A stretch of DNA of 64,000 nt from a bacterium (GTDB lineage: Bacteria > Cyanobacteriota > Vampirovibrionia > Obscuribacterales > Obscuribacteraceae), in assembly GCA_016124935.1 (NCBI GenBank), contig WGMS01000022.1, forward strand, positions 10,647 through 74,646, in the 5' to 3' direction. The notes under the pieces were generated by a model. That model was given only the letters and a program-made list of their open reading frames with translations. It was not told where the DNA came from and made no database searches. Positions within the stretch are counted from its first letter, which is position 1; every line of letters starts with the position of its first letter. Below are positions 38,496 to 49,082 of the stretch, piece by piece. The position numbers and the translations under genes are program-made.

Positions 38496-38852
38496 ATGGG
38501 CGGTGACCATCCCGGTGGTTTCCAGGCAATTCAAGAGTATTTCCAGCAGAAAGTCTGTCGGTTTTGTTCTCGGCAGTTCGAGCAGGAAGGAATCGAACTC
38601 TTGCGTCAGGAACCAGGGGTTTTAGTAGTACGAGTGACTTGCAATTCTTGCGGGCACCCGCTGGGGGTAGCCATAGTGGGAACTACTCCCAAGCCGGAGA
38701 AGAGCAAGCCTCGCAGTTACGGAGAGTGGACCAAAAAGGACCGCTCCAGGCTGGCTAAAATGCCTAAAATCACCTACGACGATGTGCTGACGGCGCATCA
38801 GTTTTTTCAGAATCTTGGTTCCGACTGGGCCAAGTACATCCCCGGCACCTGA
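38496..38852 (+). CDS. hypothetical zinc-ribbon protein
   Basis: 118 aa with CRFC-x25-CNSC cysteine pairs and a basic C-terminal half. A terminator follows. Confidence 0.5.
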   Translation: MGGDHPGGFQAIQEYFQQKVCRFCSRQFEQEGIELLRQEPGVLVVRVTCNSCGHPLGVAIVGTTPKPEKSKPRSYGEWTKKDRSRLAKMPKITYDDVLTAHQFFQNLGSDWAKYIPGT

Positions 38853-38930
38853 GCCGATGGATTTCCGCACAAAATGAGGTGTTGTTGACAACCGGATCGG
38901 TATCCCGGGTCGGAATTGTATCGTTATAAA

Positions 38931-38960
38931 GGGCTGGAGCGATCAGTTGCCAGCCCTTTT
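38931..38960 (+). terminator. rho-independent terminator
   Basis: GGGCTGG (38931-38937) pairs with CCAGCCC (38950-38956), followed by TTTTCTCATTT. Confidence 0.6.
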
Positions 38961-39076
38961 CTCATTTGAGGCGAACAGCTTTGCAACTAAGCTAAAATTT
39001 CTGGAATTTATTTCGAAATGTGCGCAAGGCTCTTTATAACCAGCTTCTTGTCGCTCGTTTTTGAGACAATTGAGCC

Positions 39077-40678
39077 ATGTTCGATCGAGAGATACGTCTG
39101 GTACCTGCAGTGCCCAAGCGCGATATTCGCCTTGACGTCGCCTTTTGCTATCCTGGTCCTTACGAAATCGGTATGGCCGGTCTGGGGATGCAGCTTGTCT
39201 GGTGGCTGTTCGAGCAGCACGAGCATGTCTTCGTGCGGCGCTGCTTCTTTGATGTCGATCAGCATTCTTCTAACGGACAGAGTGATTGCTATGGATTCAC
39301 TCTCTCCTGGGAACTCGATTTCCCTACCGTCTTGACCATGCTGGAGCGCTATGGAATCGAGCCCCTTTCTCAGGACCGTGGAGAAGACAGTCCCGTAGTT
39401 TTTGGCGGCGGACCGGTTTTGTCCGCCAACCCCGAGCCTTACGCCGCCATATTTGATGTCGTTCTGCTTGGCGACGCAGAGGCCACGGTTCCCGCCTTCA
39501 TTGAAGCGATGATTGAAACGGCAGGTCTAGAGCGTTCTGAGCGCTTGAAGTGGTTCGCCGCGGTGCCTGGTCTGTACGTCCCGTCCTGCTACAAAGTCGA
39601 TTACCGGGATTCGGGTGCGGTTGTCTCTATAGAATCCATAGTTGAGGCGGCACCGCAACACGTTGCCCGTCAAGCCTTCAAGCCTGCTTCCGACTACATT
39701 GCCAGTACCTGCATCCTTTCTCCTGATACCACTTGGGGTGCTACTTATCTGATGGAAGTGGTGCGATCCTGTCCCCAAGAGTGTCGATTTTGTCTGGCCA
39801 GCTATCTGACCCGACCATTTCGTTTCGCTTCGGTTGATACCATAATAGATGCGGCGCTCAAAGCCTCGGCTCATACCGACAAGATCGGTTTGCTCGGACC
39901 TTCTATTACGGAGCACCCGGAATTCGAGGTGATTGCCGACCGTCTGGCAAAAGTCGACAACCTGCGGGTGAATATCGCTTCGGTGCGCGCCGATACTCTT
40001 ACCGAAAGCCTGGCGGCTAATATTGCCAGACTCGGCCAGAAGTCGGTAACCATCGCCCTTGAGTCCGGCTCGCAGCGTCTGCGGGATATCATGAAAAAGA
40101 ATCTGACCGAGGCCCAGATTGAAAAGGCTGTCGATGCTATCGCCGGCGGTGGTCTGAGTGGTATCAAATTCTATGGTATCGCCGGGCTTCCGTTTGAAGA
40201 GCAAGGTGATCTCGATGAAACGGTGGCTTTACTCGGTCGTTTGAAGAAGAGTCACTCTGCCTTGAAATTCGTCTTCGGTCTGAGCTCTTTCGTGCCGAAA
40301 GCCCAGACTCCTTTCCAACGCATAGGCAGAGACCGGGGCTGCAAAAAGAAAATGGAGTTTCTGAGAAAGAGTCTTGCTCCCAAAGGAATCGACGTCAGGA
40401 CCGAGAGTCATAACTGGAGCGATATTCAGGCATTGTTGTCCCGGGGAGATCGCCGCTTGTCCGAAATCCTCATCGATATTGGTGATGGCGCTCAAAGCCT
40501 GGGGAGTTGGAAGCGAGCCATGAAGGCAAGACCGGATGGTGTCCCTTCTATGGACTATTTCGTTTTTGAAAGTTATCCCGAAGAGCAATTGCTGCCCTGG
40601 GATCATCTCATCGCTCCCGATAAGAGCGGATATCTCGACGGTCATTTGATAACGGCTCGGGCTTTAGCAACAAATTAG
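39077..40678 (+). CDS. radical SAM protein with N-terminal B12-binding-like domain (TIGR03960-like)
   Basis: 533 aa with the CxxxCxxC cluster motif SCPQECRFCLAS. The N-terminus FCYPGPYEIGMAGLGMQLVW resembles the uncharacterised radical SAM family found in many bacteria. Confidence 0.75.
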   Translation: MFDREIRLVPAVPKRDIRLDVAFCYPGPYEIGMAGLGMQLVWWLFEQHEHVFVRRCFFDVDQHSSNGQSDCYGFTLSWELDFPTVLTMLERYGIEPLSQDRGEDSPVVFGGGPVLSANPEPYAAIFDVVLLGDAEATVPAFIEAMIETAGLERSERLKWFAAVPGLYVPSCYKVDYRDSGAVVSIESIVEAAPQHVARQAFKPASDYIASTCILSPDTTWGATYLMEVVRSCPQECRFCLASYLTRPFRFASVDTIIDAALKASAHTDKIGLLGPSITEHPEFEVIADRLAKVDNLRVNIASVRADTLTESLAANIARLGQKSVTIALESGSQRLRDIMKKNLTEAQIEKAVDAIAGGGLSGIKFYGIAGLPFEEQGDLDETVALLGRLKKSHSALKFVFGLSSFVPKAQTPFQRIGRDRGCKKKMEFLRKSLAPKGIDVRTESHNWSDIQALLSRGDRRLSEILIDIGDGAQSLGSWKRAMKARPDGVPSMDYFVFESYPEEQLLPWDHLIAPDKSGYLDGHLITARALATN

Positions 40679-40786
40679 TCTTTTGGCGTTCTTGACAACT
40701 GGTCATTAGATCTTTGACTTCTAAACCGGATAATATGTGTAAATACATCTCGCTTTTCTCGATTCTCTCAGGAGCAATTAATTCGA

Positions 40787-41728
40787 ATGGGCAATTCTGC
40801 TGAAATATGGATCAGGGACCTGGTTAAACCCATCGAGGAAGATTTGATGTCCGGAGCCGCTGAGCTTGCTCTCCGGGCGATAATAATCTTTCAGACTATT
40901 ATGAAAGAGAAGAAGGCGGAGAAGCCAGAGGTGCTGCGCTCTTATCTGACCGAAGCCGCCAAGCAGCTGGTCGGGGTGCAGCCGGCAATGGCTCCGGTCT
41001 TTCATCTGTCCAATTCGGTCTTGATCGCAATCAAAGACTGTCAGTCCTCCGATCAGTTAATAGAAAAGTGCCAGAGTACCCTGGATGAATTTGAAAAGAC
41101 TTTATGCGCGTCCGCTGCAAGAATCGCCGACCTGGCTTATGAACTTATCGAGCCGGGCTCTGTCGTATTTGCTTATTCTTTCAGCTCCACTGTCGTAAGC
41201 GCACTGCTCAATGCCCGCTCTAGAGGCCGATATTTCCGGGTGGCCTGTACTGAATCGAGACCCAGCCTGGAAGGACGCAAACTTGCCTCAAGGCTCAATT
41301 CGGGCGGAATCGAAGTGATCCACACCTTCGACACGGCCATGGGCTTGATTCTGCCTGCCTGTAGTGTCGCTTTCATGGGCTGTGATTGTATCGCTCTACC
41401 CGGGGTTGTCAATAAAGTCGGCTCCTGGATGCTTTCGGTGGGCTGCCGCGAATTGAAAGTGCCTTTGTACGCTTTATCGGGAACGGAAAAGTTCGTCTCC
41501 GAAGAACGCCTTTTCGAATTCGAGAAGCACGAGAGACCTGGCTCTGAAGTCTGGGAAGATGCTCCCCGGGAGATAAACGTTCTGAACAGCCAGTTCGATC
41601 TTGTTCCTTTTAATCTTCTCAGCGGGCTGGTTACCGAAAAGGGGATTCTTCAAGAAGCGGATATCAAAGAGTTGATCTCGAACTATGCTGTACATGATTC
41701 GCTCAAGCTAGAGACTGCGACTTCTTGA
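40787..41728 (+). CDS. eIF-2B alpha/beta/delta-like family protein (sugar-phosphate isomerase fold)
   Basis: 313 aa. The central ...VFAYSFSSTVVSALL...FRVACTESRPSLEGRKLA..L...GIEV and GCDCIALPG..VNKVGS resemble the IF-2B/MtnA family. Confidence 0.6.
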   Translation: MGNSAEIWIRDLVKPIEEDLMSGAAELALRAIIIFQTIMKEKKAEKPEVLRSYLTEAAKQLVGVQPAMAPVFHLSNSVLIAIKDCQSSDQLIEKCQSTLDEFEKTLCASAARIADLAYELIEPGSVVFAYSFSSTVVSALLNARSRGRYFRVACTESRPSLEGRKLASRLNSGGIEVIHTFDTAMGLILPACSVAFMGCDCIALPGVVNKVGSWMLSVGCRELKVPLYALSGTEKFVSEERLFEFEKHERPGSEVWEDAPREINVLNSQFDLVPFNLLSGLVTEKGILQEADIKELISNYAVHDSLKLETATS

Positions 41729-41772
41729 GAAGGTTTTATAGGGCGAGGAAAAAATCCTTCTGGTGGCAGCTC

Positions 41773-43056
41773 TCAAGAATTAGTCGCTTTGGCCGAGAGC
41801 CCTATCAAATAGCCGTTTTCCAGCATAAACAGATATTTGAGGGTGTCCTCTCTCTCTTCTCTGTCGGTGCCGTCGGAGTTTTTGGTTCCTAGTCTAATAC
41901 TGGTTTTGAGGGCGAGATTGTGCAGGTCGTAAATGGTGATTTCCATAGTTTTGCTAGCCGGCGCGTAATACAGGTTCTTGTTGCCATAGTCGACAGCGAA
42001 CAGGGATTTCTCCGTAAAACCAGGCAGGGTATCCACAATCGAGCCATCTCTGACATCTACTAGAAGATCGTTGACTAGCACAGCGGGCACCATAGGCAAT
42101 GCCACCAGCGAGTCTTTTCTATTGTTTTCTCCGGCTTTGAAATGATCTTTCAGATAGATAATCTCTCGCACCTGACCGTCGTCGGCCCCGAAGATTCTGA
42201 GCTTCTCCCGGTCGAGAACACAGAGCGCTTCTCCCTTTGATAAATACGCTACCTGCGCATCATCTTGAATGGGAATGTCCAGCGATTTGATCTCCCAGCT
42301 TCTGGCCGGATCTATGTATTTGAGTCTCTGAGGGTAGACGCTGGTATTAATAGCGGTGCTATTGTTGTTTTTCGCGCTGACGGTTTTGGCATAGAATCTG
42401 CTGGCGTTCTCGTCATAGTAGATGGCCCTCACCTGGTCCTTGAAGTCGATTCTGCGCGCAGGCGATTTTTTTAGATCGGCGATATAGTAGATTTTGAAGG
42501 ACTTACCGGCTCCTGTCGTGATCAGCCCGCTGCGGTTTCCGTTCAATACGAAAAGTCGAGCGCCTCCATCCGGAGCGCTGATTTCGAGGGTGCGAAGACG
42601 ACGATCGTTCAAATGAATCGCCGGTTTGTTGTTGGATTCCCGGGCTAGTGAATAGAATGCCCCTTCGACCACGGCATCTCTGTCTTTCTGAGAAGCTATC
42701 TCTTCGAACTCCCAGTTGGAGTTGAGCTTGCAATAGCTGTAATAGCCCTGCCCTCCGTCCAGGCGAAAGCTGTTCGTGCCCGCCAGTCTGTCGAGCTTCA
42801 CGGTCTGGTTCACCGTGGTCAGTTTGCTTGCTACTTTGGTCAATTCCGGGGGCGCCAGTATATGGATCCTGAATTTTTGCACTCCGGAACGGGTGATTTC
42901 GTTGCCTGTAAGCAAACCGGCAAGAGGGCTGAATTCCGCCAGCAAAATAATCGAGAGAAAGAACAGGGCGGCTATGACTGCATAGGCTCTGGTCTTCGAG
43001 AAGCTTCTCTCTGGTTTTTTAGAATGCATTCCTATGGATAGAGGCCCCGGTGCCAT
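41773..43056 (-). CDS. hypothetical membrane-anchored protein
   Basis: 427 aa with a single N-terminal TM helix (YAVIAALFFLSIILLAEF). The remainder is beta-rich and unrecognised. It overlaps the gdh 3' end by 25 nt. Confidence 0.5.
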   Translation of the reverse strand: MAPGPLSIGMHSKKPERSFSKTRAYAVIAALFFLSIILLAEFSPLAGLLTGNEITRSGVQKFRIHILAPPELTKVASKLTTVNQTVKLDRLAGTNSFRLDGGQGYYSYCKLNSNWEFEEIASQKDRDAVVEGAFYSLARESNNKPAIHLNDRRLRTLEISAPDGGARLFVLNGNRSGLITTGAGKSFKIYYIADLKKSPARRIDFKDQVRAIYYDENASRFYAKTVSAKNNNSTAINTSVYPQRLKYIDPARSWEIKSLDIPIQDDAQVAYLSKGEALCVLDREKLRIFGADDGQVREIIYLKDHFKAGENNRKDSLVALPMVPAVLVNDLLVDVRDGSIVDTLPGFTEKSLFAVDYGNKNLYYAPASKTMEITIYDLHNLALKTSIRLGTKNSDGTDREEREDTLKYLFMLENGYLIGLSAKATNS

Positions 43057-44369
43057 CTGGCTTCGACTACTCTGTCAAGAGCGAGGCGCATGGCGGCCAT
43101 TCTCATGGAGCATTTGTATTCGTCGGCCACTGCGAAGACCCGGTTGCAGATCTTGTTCGTGATCTCTTCCAGTCTTGCCCAGACCTCTTCTTCGGTCCAT
43201 AAAAGTCTCATCAGACCCTGCACCCATTCGAAATAGCCGACACTCTCGGCTGCTCCGTTGGCGAGGATGTCCGGCACGACGATGATGCCGCGGGCGTCCA
43301 GGATTTCATCGGCTTCAGGGGTGATGGGCGCATTGGCGCCTTCGACAATGATCTTGGCTCTGATCTTCTCGACATTGGCGAGATTGATCTGAAAACGAAC
43401 CGCGCAGGGGACCAGAACGTCGCAGGCCAGCTCCAGGAGATCTTGATTGGATATCGGGGTGGAGCCTTCGAAATCGGTGATTCTTCCTCCGCTCTGCTTC
43501 TGGTGTTGCAGCAGCTTGTGGACGTCGAGACCGTCCGCGTTGTAGATGCCGCCTTTACTATCGGATACGGCGATCACTTTGAAGCCCATGTTGTGAAGAC
43601 CGCGGGCTACTTCGGAGCCGACCAGGCCGAAGCCTTCGATGGCTACAGTGGGTTCGTTTCCTAGATTGAGCTTTTTGACCACATTGCGGGTTACCAGCGA
43701 AACACCATATCCGGTTGCACGGTGGGCGGAAAGCGATCCCCCTATGGATTTCGGTTTGCCGGTCACCACCGAAGGTACGGTGTGGCCGACGTTGACGCTG
43801 AAAGTGTCCAGCATCCACGCCATGGTCTGGGGAGTGGTGTTCAAATCAGGACCCTGGACATCTTGATTCGGTCCGATCAACTCTATGATTTCGGAGCAGT
43901 AGCGTCGGGTGGCGCGCTCGAGTTCTCCTGTAGAGACCTTTGTCGTGTCGAGGCGGATTCCACCGTGGGAACCGCCGAAGGGCAGGTTCATCAGGGCGCA
44001 TTTCCAGGTCATCAACATCGCCATGGCGGCGACTTCCCCCATGGAAAGATCGCCGTTGAAGCGGACACCGCCTTTAGCCGGACCCATGGCCACGTCATGG
44101 TGAACACGGTAGCCTATGAAGGAGCGCACGCTCTCATCATCCATTCTCACCGGCACTATTACCGTCATGCATCTTTTCGGCTGCCGCAAGGGGAGCATCA
44201 CGTCTTCTTCGAGCTTCATCCACTGGGTCGCTTTGTCCATGAAACGCAGGACCATTCTGAAATCTTCGTTTTCCCACTCGTTGCCATGCGGTTCCAGGGT
44301 TTCCATTGTATTGGTTGCTGTTTCCATCATTTGATTCACTCGTATGTGCCCACGGTAAAGTGTGAGCAA
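43032..44369 (-). CDS. gdhA: Glu/Leu/Phe/Val-family glutamate dehydrogenase
   Basis: 445 aa with AKGGVRF...MTWKCALMNLPFGG..GGI and the NAD(P)-binding IEGFGLVGSEVA. The start may be an internal Met (MMETATN). Confidence 0.88.
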   Translation of the reverse strand: MLTLYRGHIRVNQMMETATNTMETLEPHGNEWENEDFRMVLRFMDKATQWMKLEEDVMLPLRQPKRCMTVIVPVRMDDESVRSFIGYRVHHDVAMGPAKGGVRFNGDLSMGEVAAMAMLMTWKCALMNLPFGGSHGGIRLDTTKVSTGELERATRRYCSEIIELIGPNQDVQGPDLNTTPQTMAWMLDTFSVNVGHTVPSVVTGKPKSIGGSLSAHRATGYGVSLVTRNVVKKLNLGNEPTVAIEGFGLVGSEVARGLHNMGFKVIAVSDSKGGIYNADGLDVHKLLQHQKQSGGRITDFEGSTPISNQDLLELACDVLVPCAVRFQINLANVEKIRAKIIVEGANAPITPEADEILDARGIIVVPDILANGAAESVGYFEWVQGLMRLLWTEEEVWARLEEITNKICNRVFAVADEYKCSMRMAAMRLALDRVVEARWHRGLYP

Positions 44370-44417
44370 TTGTACTCCCCCTTGCTCCTCAAAAGCTTAT
44401 TTAGCCAGGATCTTAAT

Positions 44418-45410
44418 TCAGGATTTATCTTTGTTCAGGTCGGCCAGGCGGTATTCGAGAACCCGCTCCCTGATTCGAAATGGTTTGTGGAGGTTGAGAC
44501 CGAGGTATTGAATCGTGTTATCGAGGTCCGAATTTGATTCTGATTCCGACTTACTTTCACCTTCGAGGGCGGCAAGGGGCAGAAGCCCTACCACTTCGCT
44601 GCCCGGCACAGCCACGCCTCTTTCAGCGGACTCTTTTTTTACCGTATCGAAAACGGATTTCAAAGAGGTGATTCGATAATCGAGAATATTGGTGGATACC
44701 TGGCACAGACCGTATTCTTCCATGTACCAGCCTATTGCTTTCACTCTTTTCAGTCCGGCAGCGGCGCTTGATTCTCGGATTCGAGAAGCTATTTTTCTGG
44801 CTATCTTCAGATCGGTGGTCTCCAGGCTGACGTTGTAAGCCACCAGCACCTCTCTTGCACCGATAGCAGTGGCGCCGGCCCGTTCATTGAAGGCGGCGGG
44901 CCCAAAGTCAGGAAGGAAGCCGTCATCTTCGATGCGTGTTTTCAAGCCTTCATATTGTCCCCGGCGTAAATCAGCCAGCTCTACTCTGGTTGGGTGCAGG
45001 GCCGCTTTCCCGTAGAGATAGACAGGCAATGCCAGATTCCTCCCTGCCCTGAATGCTAGTTCTCGAGCCGCTTGAATGCAGCTTTCCATGGTCGAGCCTT
45101 CCAGGGGCACGAAGGGGCAGACATCGCAGGCGCCGATTCTGGGATGCGCGCCGCGATGCTTCGTCATATCGATTAGCTCGAGAGCTTTCTCTATGGCCCG
45201 GTAAGCCGATGTTACTACAGGCTCTTTCTCTCCGGCAAAGGTAAAAACCGTTCGGTTGGCGCCGGGACCTGGATCCGTTCCAAGAAGCATTGTTCCGGGA
45301 ACGGAGGCAATGGCTTCGGCTATGGCGGCTATGGTTCTAGGTTCACGAGCCTCGCTGAAATTCGGAACACATTCGATTAATTCTGGTTGCAAATCTGTTT
45401 TTTCGCCCAT
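44418..45410 (-). CDS. ftcD: glutamate formimidoyltransferase
   Basis: 330 aa. It has the N-terminal ECVPNFSEAR motif plus FTCD_N and FTCD domain order. No cyclodeaminase domain is present. Confidence 0.85.
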   Translation of the reverse strand: MGEKTDLQPELIECVPNFSEAREPRTIAAIAEAIASVPGTMLLGTDPGPGANRTVFTFAGEKEPVVTSAYRAIEKALELIDMTKHRGAHPRIGACDVCPFVPLEGSTMESCIQAARELAFRAGRNLALPVYLYGKAALHPTRVELADLRRGQYEGLKTRIEDDGFLPDFGPAAFNERAGATAIGAREVLVAYNVSLETTDLKIARKIASRIRESSAAAGLKRVKAIGWYMEEYGLCQVSTNILDYRITSLKSVFDTVKKESAERGVAVPGSEVVGLLPLAALEGESKSESESNSDLDNTIQYLGLNLHKPFRIRERVLEYRLADLNKDKS

Positions 45411-45515
45411 TCACTTTTTAGATCATTTTTCAGGTCTTCTTTGTAAGGCTATTGAATCTGGTAATTTCTTTTCCCATCTGTCATAGTGACAGGCGAAAAC
45501 TGAGCTGGATAGCCG

Positions 45516-47411
45516 ATGTCCGATACCGAGAGAAAGCCAACCTCTATCTGTACAGAATGCGGTTTCATGTCCGCCGATGGAGCCCGTTTCTGTCCGCATG
45601 ACTCTACAAAACTGGAATCGCTTTCTGAAGATTCACCGATCGGCACTATAGTAGCAGATCGCTACCTGATCTTATCCGCCCTGGGAAGAGGCGGTATGAG
45701 CGTCGTTTACAAAGCGCGCCACCAGTACATGCATCGCAATGTCGCACTCAAGATGATTCGAGCCGAATTGGAAGAGGATTCCTTTTTGCTCAAACGGCTG
45801 GAGGTCGAGTCGAAGGCGATAAGCTCCCTCAAGCATCCCCATATCGTTCCGGTTTATGACTTTGGCAAGCTGGAGGACGGCACCCCCTTTCTTGTCATGG
45901 AATACCTTACCGGATGCGATTTGAAAGAGTATATCGATGGCAATGCCCCTCTGGATTATAGAGAAATACTGCCGCTGTTCAAGGATGTTTGCGATGCCCT
46001 GGCCCATGCGCACCGCAATGGGGTGATTCATCGAGACATAAAGCCCTCCAACATAATTGTCACTCGGTCGGAGGACAATGGAAGGATGGTCCCTGTCGTG
46101 GTCGATTTCGGCATAGCCAGGATGGTCAACCTCGAGGGCGAGGACCTTCATCGGCTGACAGCTACAGGTCAGGTTTTCGGCAGTCCTTTCTACATGAGTC
46201 CTGAGCAGTGCAGGGCGGTTAAACCGGATGCCAGGTCTGATATCTATGCCCTCGGTTGTGTTATCTACCAGGCGCTCACCGGGGAGATGCCGGTTAGAGG
46301 CAATACTCCATTCGATACCATGGTCAAGCATATTCAAGAGCAACCAAGAGCATTCGCTTCCATCCCTGATCTGGCTGCGGATGTGATACCGAGCAGGATA
46401 GAGCAATGTGTCTTCAAGGCGCTGGAGAAAGACCCTGGTAAAAGATTTCAGAGTATGGAGGAATTCTCTCGCGCTATCGAAGCCTGTCTGACTTCTTCTT
46501 TTTCTTCTTCTTCTTCTAAGTCTCTGACCCGGGCGGCAGAGTTTCCGCCGGTCGGGAAGGTTGCTGCTCTCGACTCTTCTGGTGGCAAATATGGTGCTTA
46601 CGCGATCCTGCTTCTCTTGATTTCGGTGGTGGCGATAATGGGCTTCCAGCGGTTTGGCAGTCTTCTGTTATCCGGCAGTGCATCGAACCAGAACCAGAAC
46701 CAGAGCCAGAACCCAGAGCCTGAGCCGCAGAAAGAGTCGGTGCAAGAACCCGTTAAAGAACCCCAGTTCTCCGCACCCTTCTCTTTGCCGGATAGCACAA
46801 TATCTGTAGAGACCCCGGCAGAGAAAGAAGACAAAGAGAAGGTTTCGGTTCCCGGAGGCACAGCGGCGGTTGATCGTTCGCTTCAAGGGATGCAGCTTCC
46901 CGCGTCTGCCCCGGCGCCAGTACCGGTTGAGGTCGCTTTTGCCAATTTCAATCCCGTAGAGTTCCGACGAATTCCCGGCTGGCAATACAATGCCTCTGCC
47001 TACGAACATAATCAGGCTCTGGTCGGCCTGGATGTGCGCAGAAACAACAGTGGGTTTGCCGGTATCTCCTACACTTTCCATTTCTCTTATGATGGCAATG
47101 GCCTGGATGGAGTCTCGAAAAGCGCCTTTGAAGCGCTTCGTCGCCGGTCTTATGCTTCAGACCATGTTGATGTCGGTTTAGTGAAATCCAGAAAAATCCA
47201 GTACGGAAAAGATCCGGGGGAGGTTGTAAAACTTGACGTGCTCGAATTCAAGAGAACGGCGCATGGAGAGAATCCCCGCACCGTTGTTATCTATTACCGA
47301 ACCCAGAGCGGAGTAGAAGCACTGCAGCTGATACCGATATCAGACTCGAATGCCCGTACCGAGAACCTTGCAAATGCTCTTGCTGTCAGATGTTTTCGGT
47401 CTCAACGCTGA
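45516..47411 (+). CDS. Ser/Thr protein kinase with TM segment and extracytoplasmic C-terminal domain
   Basis: 631 aa. Hanks kinase motifs are present (GRGGMSVVYKA, HRDIKPSNI, DFG, SPEQ). An N-terminal CTEC...FCPH zinc-ribbon-like segment, one TM helix (YAILLLLISVVAIMGF) and an NQ/PE low-complexity linker are also visible. Confidence 0.9.
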   Translation: MSDTERKPTSICTECGFMSADGARFCPHDSTKLESLSEDSPIGTIVADRYLILSALGRGGMSVVYKARHQYMHRNVALKMIRAELEEDSFLLKRLEVESKAISSLKHPHIVPVYDFGKLEDGTPFLVMEYLTGCDLKEYIDGNAPLDYREILPLFKDVCDALAHAHRNGVIHRDIKPSNIIVTRSEDNGRMVPVVVDFGIARMVNLEGEDLHRLTATGQVFGSPFYMSPEQCRAVKPDARSDIYALGCVIYQALTGEMPVRGNTPFDTMVKHIQEQPRAFASIPDLAADVIPSRIEQCVFKALEKDPGKRFQSMEEFSRAIEACLTSSFSSSSSKSLTRAAEFPPVGKVAALDSSGGKYGAYAILLLLISVVAIMGFQRFGSLLLSGSASNQNQNQSQNPEPEPQKESVQEPVKEPQFSAPFSLPDSTISVETPAEKEDKEKVSVPGGTAAVDRSLQGMQLPASAPAPVPVEVAFANFNPVEFRRIPGWQYNASAYEHNQALVGLDVRRNNSGFAGISYTFHFSYDGNGLDGVSKSAFEALRRRSYASDHVDVGLVKSRKIQYGKDPGEVVKLDVLEFKRTAHGENPRTVVIYYRTQSGVEALQLIPISDSNARTENLANALAVRCFRSQR

Positions 47412-47420
47412 GTCTTTTGT

Positions 47421-48341
47421 TCAGCGGGATTTCCTCTTTCTGAAAAAGCAGAACCAGATGGTGAGCGCCATGAGCGCCATAGAGTATAAGGCCCAGGACA
47501 GGCTCCAGAAAATCGCTGGAAGCAGGTAGTCACGTTGCATAACGGTGGCATCGGAATAGACACCGGAAGGAAAGACCGAGGCACCCATGACCAGGGCTAT
47601 CGACCGCAGGCTGTCCATGGCTGTGTGTACCGCCAGAAAAAGGAGCACGAGATTAGCCTTTTTCTCATCCAGCTTCAATCCGGCCATAATCGTCAGAAAT
47701 GCCAGTAAGCCTGCCCAGGCTAGGCTCATTAGAATCGGCAGAGCCATGGTTGAAAAGAGTCCGGCTCCCATGAAGATTAAGGCTCCCAGTATTGTGAATA
47801 CTCCCAGGGCTATTAGAGTGGGTCTGGCCAGGTGCTTGTATTGACCGAGAAATATCAGAACAGCTCCGACTATGGCTGTTCCCAGATATCCGGCCTGGAC
47901 ACTGATAAATGGAATGCCGCCATGGCAGAATGTCAGACCGCCATGACCCTGACCGTCGGGGACTATGGTCATGCCGCTGACATGGCCGCCGGTGAGGATG
48001 CACATTACTGCATGGCTCATTTCGTGCACCATAATCGCAAATTGATTCAGTGGAGTAAAAATCAGCTCAGAAAACGGCAACTTGGACAGAATCACCGTAA
48101 CTATGAGAATCGTCCAGAACATTTTGTGATTTGATTCCCGTGTCGGAGCTTCGCTTACAGAGGGACTGTCACTTTTGGGATCTGTTTCGAGCTCCGCTTC
48201 CAGCTCGGCGAGCCTGTTTTTTGCCGAGGGGGAGAGATGAGAAGGCAGTTGCGAATTCTCGCCTTGACCGGTTTTTAGTTTTAGCGTTTCTTTAGCAAGC
48301 TTTTCCTGGTTGTCGCTTCTGCCGTTCTTCTTTTTCATCAC
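47421..48341 (-). CDS. M50B-like membrane metallopeptidase family protein
   Basis: 306 aa. VHEMSHAVMCILTGGHVSGMTIVPDGQGHGGLT matches the Peptidase_M50B HExxH...G..V..I....DGSG.T pattern. It has multiple TM helices. Confidence 0.6.
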   Translation of the reverse strand: MMKKKNGRSDNQEKLAKETLKLKTGQGENSQLPSHLSPSAKNRLAELEAELETDPKSDSPSVSEAPTRESNHKMFWTILIVTVILSKLPFSELIFTPLNQFAIMVHEMSHAVMCILTGGHVSGMTIVPDGQGHGGLTFCHGGIPFISVQAGYLGTAIVGAVLIFLGQYKHLARPTLIALGVFTILGALIFMGAGLFSTMALPILMSLAWAGLLAFLTIMAGLKLDEKKANLVLLFLAVHTAMDSLRSIALVMGASVFPSGVYSDATVMQRDYLLPAIFWSLSWALYSMALMALTIWFCFFRKRKSR

Positions 48342-48432
48342 TCAAAATATGGTTACTCGAAGGGATTAACTTGAGATTCAAGAGGAATAACATATATCAG
48401 TCGAGAGTTTTCTCAGTGTCTTACTTTATTCT

Positions 48433-49074
48433 ATGCCAGCATCGAAAAGACAGCCGCATATCCAGTTGCAAGGTGCTTATTTCGACAAGAAAGCCGATAT
48501 GTTTCTCCGTCCTATTCCGGAGTTTATTCAGGAGAGGACCCGGGAGATCGTCGAGATGTCAGGGGTCGGGATTGGTTCGACGATCCTGGACGTGGGCTCC
48601 GGAGTCGGAGTACTGATCGGCTATTTCCTCGGTGCCGGGGTTCGACCGGAAGACATCGTAGGCTGTGATCTCAGTACCGAGATGCTGACCAGAGCTCGCT
48701 CCAGCTATCCCGGTGTCTTTTTCTGGCAGGGCGATGTGGCTGATATTGCTTCAGCTATGAGAGAAGATTTACCCGCTCATATCCTTGCTTTTGATCGAGT
48801 TTTTTTCAATGCGTGTTTTGGAAACATGTTCGATCAGAAACTGGCTCTTAACAGCGCGCTGGCGGTATTGAAAGTAGGCGGACAAGTAATTCTCAGCCAT
48901 CCTCTCGGCGCCAGGTTTGTTGACGCGCTTCGGAAAAGTGATCCCGACATCGTTCCCCACCTGCTTCCAGACTGCAAAAAGCTTGACGACTGGTCTAAGG
49001 AGCTTGGATTCGGGCTCGATAGCTGTGTGGACCAGGAAGATTTCTATTATGTTGCTCTGACAAGGAAAAAATAG
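48433..49074 (+). CDS. class I SAM-dependent methyltransferase
   Basis: 213 aa with motif I ILDVGSGVGVL and an acidic motif II (CDLS). Confidence 0.75.
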   Translation: MPASKRQPHIQLQGAYFDKKADMFLRPIPEFIQERTREIVEMSGVGIGSTILDVGSGVGVLIGYFLGAGVRPEDIVGCDLSTEMLTRARSSYPGVFFWQGDVADIASAMREDLPAHILAFDRVFFNACFGNMFDQKLALNSALAVLKVGGQVILSHPLGARFVDALRKSDPDIVPHLLPDCKKLDDWSKELGFGLDSCVDQEDFYYVALTRKK

Positions 49075-49082
49075 GAAGGCAA

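Noticed and set aside
43722-46406. Large antisense ORFs opposite gdh (43722-44537) and the Ser/Thr kinase (45672-46406)
   Set aside because: They are shadow frames of confidently identified genes, with His/Gly/Arg-rich low-information sequences.
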